Positions 16,113 through 25,800 of a DNA stretch of 26,344 nt are shown one piece after another (the stretch's first letter is position 1; the number at the start of each line of letters is the position of its first letter). The stretch comes from an uncultured bacterium (GTDB lineage Bacteria; Chlamydiota; Chlamydiia; Chlamydiales; SM23-39), in assembly GCA_964499895.1 (NCBI GenBank), contig CAZCPS010000001.1, positions 1 to 26,344 of the forward strand, given 5' to 3'. Made by a program: the position numbers and the translations under genes. The notes beneath the pieces were generated by a model. That model did no database searches and was not told the DNA's origin. It saw only the letters and a program-made list of their open reading frames with translations.

Positions 16113-18223
16113 CGAAACACCTAAAGCTAAGCAATTTAAAGGAAAGACTCAAGACAAACAGCTTGGGGTTAAGGCTCTTAATCGGCCTTTGCATGGTTCT
16201 AAGTATAGCTACCTTTTTACACCTTAGACATGTCCGCGTCGAAGTTTTTTCAGTCCATGAGCAAGTCAACAACCTGATCATCGGCCAGATCGATTTGCTA
16301 TACCCTGAAGAACAGACCACTTTAGTGTTTAAGGAAGAAGCGCTCGATAAACCGGGCGACATTTTTGAATTGAACGATGCCCAGCTGCGCGACATTCTCA
16401 TTAAATTCGAAGAATACCTGGTTTTGCAAAAAAGCGCTTTTAATAAAGAAAATGCCATTTTGATTGCCCACGCCTTCCAGGACATTCTCTCCGAGCTGCG
16501 CTTTACATCGCTTGACACCTATAAAAAAATGGAGCTGATCGGCTTTCCCTCCTATCATTACATGGTCTGGACGCCCACCTCCGAAGATGAACCGATTACA
16601 TTGCCGCCGGAATATTGGCGGGGGCTTAAAAGCGTCTCTTTAGAAAATCTGTTAAATGAAGAGATCGGCACAGAATATGATAGCGCCCTCTCCTCTTTTG
16701 TAATCGACTATTTCCTCCTGCAAAATTTGGTGCTGGTACATGATAAAACCTCGGAAAAAGCCTTTAAAAAGGCGCTTCAAAAAGAAGCTGTCGGTGAATT
16801 TTCCAGGCTGCAGCTGATCGGCCGGATTCTGGCAGAACAAAAAAAACTGCCGGCCAGACAGCAGCTTTTAGTGCAGGCTATTAAAGATGCGGTTCAAGAT
16901 ACCCGTTCACCCTACTCGTTTATTCCGATCGCCGGCGATCTGCTGCTGGCGCTCTTACTGGTTTGTATCGGCGCTTTTTATTTTTATATAATGCAGAGCG
17001 ATCTGCTCTTGTCAAAACGAAAAATCGGCCTGCTCTTTTGCATCATGACTTTTACCTTTCTTTTTGCCAAGGTGATCGAATACATCTTTTTGCAAAGCCA
17101 GTCCGGCGTCATGGACATTGCCCGCTATCCTTTAATTGTTCCCTTTGCCGCCGTCTTGCTCTGCTTTTTGTTTAACGCGCGCGTCGCGCTTTTTATGGCA
17201 GCCTATCTCTCGGTCATTGTCGGCGTCAGCATCGCCGGCGACCATAGCCGCTTTATTGTAGCCAATCTTTTGATTTCCACACTCGCCATCGCGCTTTCCA
17301 GCGACATCCGCAAACGGAGGCAGGTCTTTTTTCTCTTCGGCCAGTTATTTGCCGTTTGCGTCATTTTGGTGTTTGCCAACAGCTACATCAACAATGTCTC
17401 GTATAACGCATTCCTGACCATGGACCTTATTACCGTTTTTGTCTTTGCTGTTTTAAACGCCATTTTAGTCATCGCCCTGCTGCCCGGACTGGAGTTTGTC
17501 TTCAATGTAATGACTGACATTACTCTGCTGGAATATATCGATCCGACCTCCAAAATCATGCGGCGGCTTACGATGGAAATCCCGGGCACCTATCAACATT
17601 CGCTGGCGATGGGCAATCTGGCCGAATCGGCCGCGCAAGCCATCGGAGCTAATGGCATCTTCTGCAGGGTGGCCTCCTATTTCCATGATATCGGCAAACT
17701 AAAACACGCGCTCTCATTTACCGAAAACCAGGCGCTGCAAAGCAACCTCCACGATCAGCTCACCCCCGAAGAGTCCGCCAAACTCATCATCGACCATGTT
17801 AAAGACGGCAAGCTGATCGCCCTCAAATACCAGCTGCCACAATCGGTTATCGATATCATCAGCCAGCACCATGGCACTTCGATAGCCACCTATTTTTATC
17901 TGAAAGAAGTCGAACGACATGGCGGCGATGTCGAAAAGGTCAACAAAGAACTATATCGCTACCCGGGTCCCAAACCGCAAACCAAAGAAGCTGCCATCCT
18001 AATGATCGCCGACATCATAGAGGCGGCCTCCCGCTCGCTTACCGAATGCAACGAACAAACCATTACCGCGCTAGCCGAAAAGCTGATCAGCGAAAAAGCC
18101 GCCGACGGCCAGTTCGACGAATGCCCGCTCACCTTTAAGGAGTTGGAAATCGCTAAGAAAACCATGATCTCAACCATTCTGATCTCCCGCCATGTACGGG
18201 TCAAGTATCCCGATCAAAAGTAG
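16109..18223 (+). CDS. 7TM-HD membrane phosphohydrolase (PgpH/YqfF-like, candidate cyclic-di-AMP phosphodiesterase)
   Basis: 704 aa: N-terminal TM, extracytoplasmic domain, ~7 TM helices, then an HD domain with PGTYQHS, YFHDIGK, FTENQ, IIDHVKDG, QHHGTS, YPGPKPQTKEAAILMIAD and EAASRSL. Substrate is inferred from family membership. Confidence 0.9.
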   Translation: MTKHLKLSNLKERLKTNSLGLRLLIGLCMVLSIATFLHLRHVRVEVFSVHEQVNNLIIGQIDLLYPEEQTTLVFKEEALDKPGDIFELNDAQLRDILIKFEEYLVLQKSAFNKENAILIAHAFQDILSELRFTSLDTYKKMELIGFPSYHYMVWTPTSEDEPITLPPEYWRGLKSVSLENLLNEEIGTEYDSALSSFVIDYFLLQNLVLVHDKTSEKAFKKALQKEAVGEFSRLQLIGRILAEQKKLPARQQLLVQAIKDAVQDTRSPYSFIPIAGDLLLALLLVCIGAFYFYIMQSDLLLSKRKIGLLFCIMTFTFLFAKVIEYIFLQSQSGVMDIARYPLIVPFAAVLLCFLFNARVALFMAAYLSVIVGVSIAGDHSRFIVANLLISTLAIALSSDIRKRRQVFFLFGQLFAVCVILVFANSYINNVSYNAFLTMDLITVFVFAVLNAILVIALLPGLEFVFNVMTDITLLEYIDPTSKIMRRLTMEIPGTYQHSLAMGNLAESAAQAIGANGIFCRVASYFHDIGKLKHALSFTENQALQSNLHDQLTPEESAKLIIDHVKDGKLIALKYQLPQSVIDIISQHHGTSIATYFYLKEVERHGGDVEKVNKELYRYPGPKPQTKEAAILMIADIIEAASRSLTECNEQTITALAEKLISEKAADGQFDECPLTFKELEIAKKTMISTILISRHVRVKYPDQK

Positions 18224-18224
18224 T

Positions 18225-19973
18225 TTAGAAGGAGACTTGCGCCGAGAAGTGGCCTCTGGAATGGCTTGGGTATCCGGAGACCCGCTGCGTTACCGCTTCC
18301 AGCTGCCAGCCATAGCTAAAGGTAATCTCAATATTATCGGCTACAACATACCGGCCGCCCGGTCCGATGGAAGCTAGCAGCTGCGTTTTTTTGTCAATTA
18401 CGCTGCGATCCAGATGCACGCCCCAAGCCAGATCGCAAAAGAGATAAAACTGCAAAGACTCTTTGAGCGATTTATAGTTTAGCAGCTTCATTTCCGGTGA
18501 AATTAACTCATTTTTTAGAAGCAGTCCTTTATCGCTGACCATAATATTCTCGGCGTAGCCACGAACCGTCGCATAGCCGCCGGCGCAAAATTGCTCGGAC
18601 GGCAAAAGGATAGCTTCGGTCTGCTGCCATAAGGCATAAAGAGACCAGCGCCAGTTTTTCGGCAGCACAGTAATCCGTTTAATCGAAAATTTTTCATACA
18701 TATAACGGCAATTGGCTTTCGCGCGCTGCAGCTCAAAATCTACCGTCGTATTATAACGCGTCATATTGCCGGGACTATAGTATACGGAAATATCCAAGGT
18801 CGTCGAACCCAAGCTATCCCCAACAGTAGCCTCATACTCGAAAATAAACTGCGAAATATCGGAAAAATTGCTATATAGCGCCGTTTGGGTATAGGTCAAA
18901 AAGTTGTTGGTCCGGCTAAAATCATAACCCAGCGTCAAAGTGTGGTCAATAATGGAAATGGATTTGAGCGGAAGCTCATATCTGCCGCCAAGATACCAGC
19001 CCTTGCCTTTTTGCTTGTAGTGCATCGGCATGGCCGGCTTGACGCCTACGCAACTGCCGAAAATACGAAGGGTGTTGCGCCATGGCAGCGGCCAAATATA
19101 GTTGCCGGAGACCGCCCACCACTTATCAAAAATCTGCGCGTTCATCAGCTGCGCGTTAAGCTGGTGGCCGATATTCCAGAGGTTGCCCATGTTAAAACCT
19201 AAACTATAGCGGGTGTCGCCGGCAATCTCATATTGATTGACTTGATATGACGAATAAACACGCAGCGGAGGTTTGTCCTTGATTTCGATCACAACATCGG
19301 TCTCGCCCGGCTTTTTGCCCTGCTCATAGAAGAGTGAAGCAGAGCGGAAAGGGTTGCCATTCAGCCAGTCCATGTCGGAAAACATGGTGGCCGAATTGAT
19401 ATATTCGCCGGGCTTGCTGCGGATGAATGATTGTAAACGCTCATTGGAAAAGAACTTGGCGCCCGTCACGGTAGCGGTGCCAAGCCGGCCAACCATGATA
19501 ATAAAAACTAAGCGCCCCGAAGAAATGTCCTGATCCGGCAAGAGCCCGACGCGCACTACCAGGTGCCGGTTCAAACGATAGAGTTTGACGATCGCGCTTT
19601 GCATCCGGTTTAAAGAGGCTAGCGTTAACGGCTGATGCAAATAACCCTCAAGCAAATTGGCCAGCTCTCTGGCCAGCGGTAGATGCGGGTTGGTAATTTC
19701 GATGGATGGAATCGGCCATTTTTTGCGCATTTCGCGCGCCGCCTCTATTGTTTCATAAACGGCAATCGCTCTCAAATCGGAACAAAGCTCGATATTCTCG
19801 TCCGTGATCTCCTCTTCGGGAGCTGCCGGCTCCATTTTTTCCGGCACGGAGGGCTCAATCTGCTCATAGAGCGTATTGGCTAGCAGGTCGTCTTGGCTTA
19901 CGACTTCGGAAAAACCTCCCGTAAAAAGAGACTCGGCAATAATTAAGAAAGCAATTAATCTGTTTTTGCCCAT
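18225..19973 (-). CDS. TpsB / ShlB-FhaC-HecB family two-partner secretion outer-membrane transporter
   Basis: 582 aa. Signal-peptide-like N-terminus, POTRA-like segments (LPDQDISSGRLVFII, WLNGNPFRSASLFYEQGKKPGETDVVIEI), GGYATVRGY loop-6 motif, beta-strand pattern and terminal Phe. GAGGTG Shine-Dalgarno and TAATG overlap with the upstream gene. Confidence 0.92.
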   Translation of the reverse strand: MGKNRLIAFLIIAESLFTGGFSEVVSQDDLLANTLYEQIEPSVPEKMEPAAPEEEITDENIELCSDLRAIAVYETIEAAREMRKKWPIPSIEITNPHLPLARELANLLEGYLHQPLTLASLNRMQSAIVKLYRLNRHLVVRVGLLPDQDISSGRLVFIIMVGRLGTATVTGAKFFSNERLQSFIRSKPGEYINSATMFSDMDWLNGNPFRSASLFYEQGKKPGETDVVIEIKDKPPLRVYSSYQVNQYEIAGDTRYSLGFNMGNLWNIGHQLNAQLMNAQIFDKWWAVSGNYIWPLPWRNTLRIFGSCVGVKPAMPMHYKQKGKGWYLGGRYELPLKSISIIDHTLTLGYDFSRTNNFLTYTQTALYSNFSDISQFIFEYEATVGDSLGSTTLDISVYYSPGNMTRYNTTVDFELQRAKANCRYMYEKFSIKRITVLPKNWRWSLYALWQQTEAILLPSEQFCAGGYATVRGYAENIMVSDKGLLLKNELISPEMKLLNYKSLKESLQFYLFCDLAWGVHLDRSVIDKKTQLLASIGPGGRYVVADNIEITFSYGWQLEAVTQRVSGYPSHSRGHFSAQVSF

Positions 19974-22825
19974 TAAAAATTACACCTCATCCCGGCATCA
20001 AAAAAATGCGCCCTGTTATCAGCTTTAGAAAATTGCATCTCATAGCTTGCATAAAAACCAAGATTATCATAATTAAAAATTACTCCGGCATTAAAAATAC
20101 CCGAATCCCGGTCCATAATCCCCCTGCGCTGTCCAACAATATTAGCCACGGGGTCATTAAACTGAAAATCCATCATATGCGTATTCTTCGAATACTCGTG
20201 CGCCCATAATCCCGAAAAATAGGGCAGAAAAACGCTCCGCCCAATATCAAATTCCTTGCCGGCCGTAAAGCCCAAAATCGTTTGCACCGAAGTAATGCTT
20301 TTTTGATAAATTTTCAGGTTAAGCGAGTCTCCATCTCGTTCGGTAAAGCGGAACATATGCGCGAAATAGGCGTCAACATAACATTTGGGCTCAAAAATCA
20401 ATTTATCATTACGGCACATGCCAAAACCCAAGCTGGCCTCGAAGGCTCTGGTTTTGGGCTGCGATTTAACATCTCTCTCAATAGTGGCAAAATCAGTTTT
20501 GCGCACCACATCATGCCATGTCTTGTCCAATTTAACCATCGCATCGACAAAGCAGCTGCCTTTAAAAATCGAAGAATAGAGAATGCCGGAAAAACCTTTG
20601 GCATGCACCGATCCCTGACGGTCTGAAAGCGAGCTGTTGCTGTCGGCATAAGCCGCGCTAAAGCCGGCTACCATATCTTTGGCCATGCAAAAATCATAGC
20701 CGCCCTGCACGCCGCTACCCTTAAAACTGTATCCGGCATCGTCTTTCGTACTGCTCCTGTCCCCGAAAAAGCCTTCGCAAAACAAATAGGCGCCGCGATT
20801 TTGCGGCGCGTAAAGAGAGGACAAACTCTTTTTCTTTTCTTTGGCAGATTTACTCTTATCTTTTTTACCGGAAAACATAAAGCCGCTTTGCGCCAAATTG
20901 CTAAATTGTGTAAACCGCGCCGCATGCCGGCTTTCGGCATCCTGATCCGGATTTAAATCCCCGCGCAAAAGCGACACGGCCGACAGCGCCGAGGTGCTCT
21001 TGCTCTCCTGGTACATGCGCGCCATCTCCAAATGATTCTTGATTTTACGCAGCTGCTCTTGCGAAACAAAAATATCCGCGCGCAGCATCGGCGTTAGCAT
21101 CTGAGGCGACATTTGATCAAAGGCTTTACGCATATCAATATCCGACAAGGTGTTCAAAGCGTCGCGCACCGTGGCAAAATCGCCAAAGAGACGGTTGCGC
21201 AAGTAATCCAGCTCGTCGGCCAAAACAAGCTGATTAAAGGTATCGGCTCTGGATCCATAGCTGCGAACAATATTAAAATATACATCGGTTGCGGAAAAAT
21301 GGATCTCCGGAAAAAGGCCTTCATCCAAAAGCTCATCATAGCCGGTCACATTAGTGACAGTTCCCGTAAGTAAAGCCGAGCTCAGCACGGTAAACGAATC
21401 GCCGAGCGCCGGCAGATTTTGCAGATCCAGATGCACCACGCCGGCAATGACAGCCGCGCCGGAAACGCTAAAAAGATCGTGCGAAACTGTTGAGGCAAAT
21501 TTAATGGCCAGAGTACCGGCGGATCCTTGCGAAAAAGCGCCGGTCAAGGTCAGCGTGCCAATCATAGAGCTGCTGCCGGGCATAATCGTGCCGCCGGTAT
21601 TGAAGAGTGCCGGGACCTCATCTACTGGCGTAACTTGCGGGTTGATCTGGACTATCGTGCCGGTGCCGTAAAGATAGCCGCCGGTAAGCGTTACGGCTGA
21701 GGAGAGCTGCCCGTCAACCTGAACGAAACCTGCCGAAATATTAGTCTCATATGCCAGCGGCGTAAAGCCTACCGGCACAACCAGCGCCGCGCCTTCGTGC
21801 GTGACATTAACCTCATCTACCGTAAAGTTGACATCAACCGTAACGGTCGCCGCCTGCGATAGCGCCGCCTCATAAAAAGTGTCGGCGGTATTTTGCGGCA
21901 CGACGCCGGAGCTCCAGCTACCGGCTGTATTCCATGCGCCCGACGCGCCGGTCCAATAGGGCGCCTTGACCGGATTATTAGCCGCAATCCAGACGGCAAA
22001 ATCTTTAATCGGCAGATAGCCTAAAATCGAACCATATTCACCCTGCACATAACCGTCTTGCACATAACCGAAAGAGGTCAGGCCCACGACTTTCCATTCA
22101 TCATCTTCAGAGACCATCAAAGGGCCGCCGCTATCGCCCGAGTAGGTCGCGCCCTCGAGCGTTACCGGAATCGCCGAAGAGGGCGCTCCAAAAAAATCGG
22201 TGATGGTATTGGTAGTGCCATCAGGATCGTCAAAGTCCTGCAAAAGAGCGTAGTGGCCGGGTGCAAGTATGTCGGAATACAGGTCGATCGCATTGCCCAT
22301 TGCTCTTTTAAGATAATCGGTCGTGGTATAGCCGGTAATGCCGTTGCCGGTGCCGCCATAGCCGGCCGTATAGGCCGTCTTGCCAAGCCCCGTGCCGGTG
22401 GAAATGGTTGCCGGAGTGATAGAAGTCAGCCGGCGGGAGGTCATCAAAAAGGCAATATCGTTAATGGGCGGCGATCCGTCCACAAAGCCCGCGTGTAAAT
22501 AGGTTGCCGAAAGCACCGAACCATCGGTCGGGCTATTGAGCGGATCGGCGCCAAAAGCTATGCTGCTATCGCCGGGAATAATGGTGCCGGCTTCATCGAC
22601 CACATGACCGGCGGTAATCACAGTTCGCGGATTAATTACAAAGCCCGTACCATACTCCACCCCCGGATGGTCTGTTACTATTTTAACGATGCCAACACAG
22701 TTAAAACGGTCATCATCCGCCAGATTCTGATAGTCGGCATCGGTCTTGTCATCCCTCAGGATAATCGCAAAGGCCGAGCTACCGATCCACAAACTGAGAA
22801 TTAACCACTTTATTATTCGCATCAT
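19973..22825 (-). CDS. Autotransporter (type Va) with a trypsin/chymotrypsin-fold (S1) serine-protease passenger
   Basis: 950 aa. Signal peptide ending AFA, catalytic triad motifs ITAGH / NDIAFL / GDSGGP, short beta-helical stalk (GTLTLTGAFSQGSAGTLAIKF) and ~280-aa C-terminal barrel ending in Phe (GMRCNF). ATGA overlap with the upstream gene. Confidence 0.92.
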   Translation of the reverse strand: MMRIIKWLILSLWIGSSAFAIILRDDKTDADYQNLADDDRFNCVGIVKIVTDHPGVEYGTGFVINPRTVITAGHVVDEAGTIIPGDSSIAFGADPLNSPTDGSVLSATYLHAGFVDGSPPINDIAFLMTSRRLTSITPATISTGTGLGKTAYTAGYGGTGNGITGYTTTDYLKRAMGNAIDLYSDILAPGHYALLQDFDDPDGTTNTITDFFGAPSSAIPVTLEGATYSGDSGGPLMVSEDDEWKVVGLTSFGYVQDGYVQGEYGSILGYLPIKDFAVWIAANNPVKAPYWTGASGAWNTAGSWSSGVVPQNTADTFYEAALSQAATVTVDVNFTVDEVNVTHEGAALVVPVGFTPLAYETNISAGFVQVDGQLSSAVTLTGGYLYGTGTIVQINPQVTPVDEVPALFNTGGTIMPGSSSMIGTLTLTGAFSQGSAGTLAIKFASTVSHDLFSVSGAAVIAGVVHLDLQNLPALGDSFTVLSSALLTGTVTNVTGYDELLDEGLFPEIHFSATDVYFNIVRSYGSRADTFNQLVLADELDYLRNRLFGDFATVRDALNTLSDIDMRKAFDQMSPQMLTPMLRADIFVSQEQLRKIKNHLEMARMYQESKSTSALSAVSLLRGDLNPDQDAESRHAARFTQFSNLAQSGFMFSGKKDKSKSAKEKKKSLSSLYAPQNRGAYLFCEGFFGDRSSTKDDAGYSFKGSGVQGGYDFCMAKDMVAGFSAAYADSNSSLSDRQGSVHAKGFSGILYSSIFKGSCFVDAMVKLDKTWHDVVRKTDFATIERDVKSQPKTRAFEASLGFGMCRNDKLIFEPKCYVDAYFAHMFRFTERDGDSLNLKIYQKSITSVQTILGFTAGKEFDIGRSVFLPYFSGLWAHEYSKNTHMMDFQFNDPVANIVGQRRGIMDRDSGIFNAGVIFNYDNLGFYASYEMQFSKADNRAHFFDAGMRCNF

Positions 22826-25800
22826 TTTTCTTCTTTTTTATACTCGTATTCTTCTTGAATGAAAATTTCTTCTCTTATCTCTTCTCTCCGCCCCTGAGGC
22901 GTTACTTCAGTTTCCTTCCAGATAAATTCTTTGGTCTCGATCCGTTCCTTTAGCATTTCGGGCATAATCTGTTTTTTGATTTCCACTTTCTTGATCGGAG
23001 CCGCGCGCGGCGCCACGGTTTTTTCAACCCGAATTTTAATATTTTTCGACAGGGTGTTTAACAAACGCGCGTCTGAAACAACCACTTGCATTTCACCGAA
23101 TTTCTCCGTTGAAGATGAGGTGGTTGCCGAAAATGTGGAAGAGGTCGAACCGATCGGCTGCGATGAAGAGAAAGAGGAAAAGCTGCCCATGCCGCCGCCG
23201 CCGGTAACCGAACTAAAGACCGTACCGATACTGACGGTGGCGGTCACTACCGCCAAATCGATCTGCTTGTTGCCGTCGCCGCCGGCAATACCCTGAATAT
23301 TGGCAATGCCTCCCGTCTGCGAAGCTTTGCCGGTAGCGGTGTCGACATAAACTACCTGGTTGTCGCCCACATAACTTAATAAATTGGTTGCGCCGCCGCC
23401 GCCATTAATCGTTCCCGAAACGGAATACTCCAACAGATTGAAGGTGTCGTTCCCACTTCCGCCCAAAAGATTTTGCATATTAGCGAACACCGCGTTCGAG
23501 ACCGTACCGGCATTATTGGCCGTAAGCGTCCATGTTTTATCCACATCGGCACCCTGCATCGTATTGCTGCCGCCCTGGCCGTCAACGGTGACCTCCTGGC
23601 TTTTAAGCCCAACATAAATGGCGCTGTTATTCGGCCCGCCGTTGACCGTCAGACCGCCCGATCCAACATAGTAGCCAAGCGAACAGGTGCCGACGCCTTG
23701 CTGCGCGACATTGATCTGCACAGGGTTAGTCCCGGCCGTGAGCGTGCCTTCCAGTATAAAGTTGTTGCTGTAAAAATAGAGCGGTAAATTAAACGAATTC
23801 GGATAGTTTAGGTAAATGGTGCCATTATTCGAACTTGAGCCAAAAGTTACTGAAGCAAAACCGGTAGCAATCGCCGCCATTTTCGCGTCATCGAATTTAA
23901 AAACAGCCGAAGTGGCGTTCGTGCCCAGAGACATGTCGGTATTGGAGCGCGGGATAAAGGTTAAAGAACCTGTGCCCTGCAAGGTACCCAGAATTTCTAC
24001 GGTATTCTCATTGAAGATAATCGGACTTGCGGAAGCGGCGTTGCCGATATGGGTGCCGGCCGCAAAATAAATATCGAATCCGGTGCCGACCCAGCCGGCG
24101 CGCGAATCGAAATAGAGCGTGCCGCCGCCGGTCGATTCTATGTAAGCCGCGCCGTCGGCATAAATACCGTGGCAGCCGCTGCCGCTGCCGCCGCCCACTC
24201 CGTTTGTCGTAACGCGGCCGCTTGCGGAAATAATATGAGCCGCCAAGCCGCTAAGTCCAATGCCATAATTGTTGTCCGTGCCCGAGCCGCCGCTGCCGGT
24301 AAGGGTAATAGCGCCGCTGCCGGTAGCTCTGACAATCGCCCCGGTATCGATGTATACGCCATAACCGCCGGTGGTGCTGCCGCCGCCCGTGCCCGTAATC
24401 GAAATCCGGCCATTGGCAGTTTGCGCCCCACCCAATGCGCCGCTAAACCGCACGCCGTAGCAATCGCTTGTGCCGGAAGCTGAGCCGGTGCCGATAATGG
24501 TAATGACGCCGGTGCCTGTTGTCTGCGCCTTGCAGCCGTCAAGAAAGACGCCATAGCCGCCCTGGCCGGTGCCTTTGCCTAAGCCGGTTAGAGTAATACC
24601 CCCGCCGGCCGAAGTAATATCGACTGCTGATTTAAGGCCGTAGTTGTCATTCGTTCCGACAGCGCCGGTGCCGGTAATTTCAATAATACCGGCGCCGGTT
24701 GCCTGTACAACACCCGCCAGATCAACGCCATAACTGCCAATCCCGGTACCGGCGCCCGTACCCGACAAAGTCAGCTTACCGGTATTGGTAGCACATGTTG
24801 AAGTAGCGCCTGTCATGTTAATGCCAAAACAGGCGCCGGTGCCGCTAGCGCCGGTGCCGGTAACGATAATCGGCGCAGAGGCCGTCGACCGGATTATACC
24901 GCCGGCCGAGACCATAACGCCGCCGGAGCCGGTAGCCGTGCCGCCGCCGGTACCGTTCATGGTAATGGTAGCTTCGCCGGTTGTTTCCACAATGCCGCCT
25001 TCCGACACTAAAATGCCGTGAGAGCCGGCGCCGCCAGAGCCGCCCGTGCCGGTAATGGAAATGTTGCCGGTACCCGTTGCGCGAACTAGGACACCGGCCG
25101 TATCAATTCGAACGCCATGGCAGGTGTTGCTAGGGCCGCCGATGCCGGTAATAGTAATTGCGCCGCTGCCGGAAGAAGTAATCTGCGCGATGCCGGTCAC
25201 AAAAACGCCATAATCGCTAGCGCTGTTGCCGCCCTTGCCATTTAAGACAATGGCGCCGGTAGTGGTGGAGATGTTGTTATTAACCGTAATACCGACAATA
25301 TCGGAAGCAACCGTCTTATTGTAGTTGCCATAAACGGTAAGACCTCTTGCTCCCATGGTAAGGTTGCCGTTAATAACAACACTGCCGCCCTGCAGGATAA
25401 TATCGCAGCTATAGCCTGAAAAATCTTTGGCGCCGACCGTCACCTGGCCGGTGCCGGCAAGCAGTCCAATGGTAAAAGAGGAAAAGCCGGTATTAAACAA
25501 TCCCAGAGCGGCAGTCGGAAGCGAAAAGGAGTCTGAAGCGGTATAGGGTTGAATGGAGAGAGCGCCCGTTCCCGTAATGTAGCCATTTGCGACGGCGAAT
25601 GCATTCGACTTGATGGTCAGAGTCCCGGAACCGGTATAAAACTGGCTGAGATTGGCCGGGTTACCGGTCGAGTTAAAAATGAGGCCGGCCGACCGGCATT
25701 CCAATAAAAGAGGACTGATTGATGTCTTGATATATGAAGCGCCTTCCAGATCAATATCGGTGGCGCCGCTCGAAAAACACTTCAGGGTAACGCTGCCGGA

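Noticed and set aside
16075-18204. Minus-strand ORFs inside the HD gene (e.g. 16075-16518)
   Set aside because: Antisense shadows of a gene with clear family motifs.
19973-22825. Chlamydial Pmp
   Set aside because: It is an autotransporter, but lacks the repeated GGA(I/L/V) and FxxN tetrapeptides and has a protease passenger.
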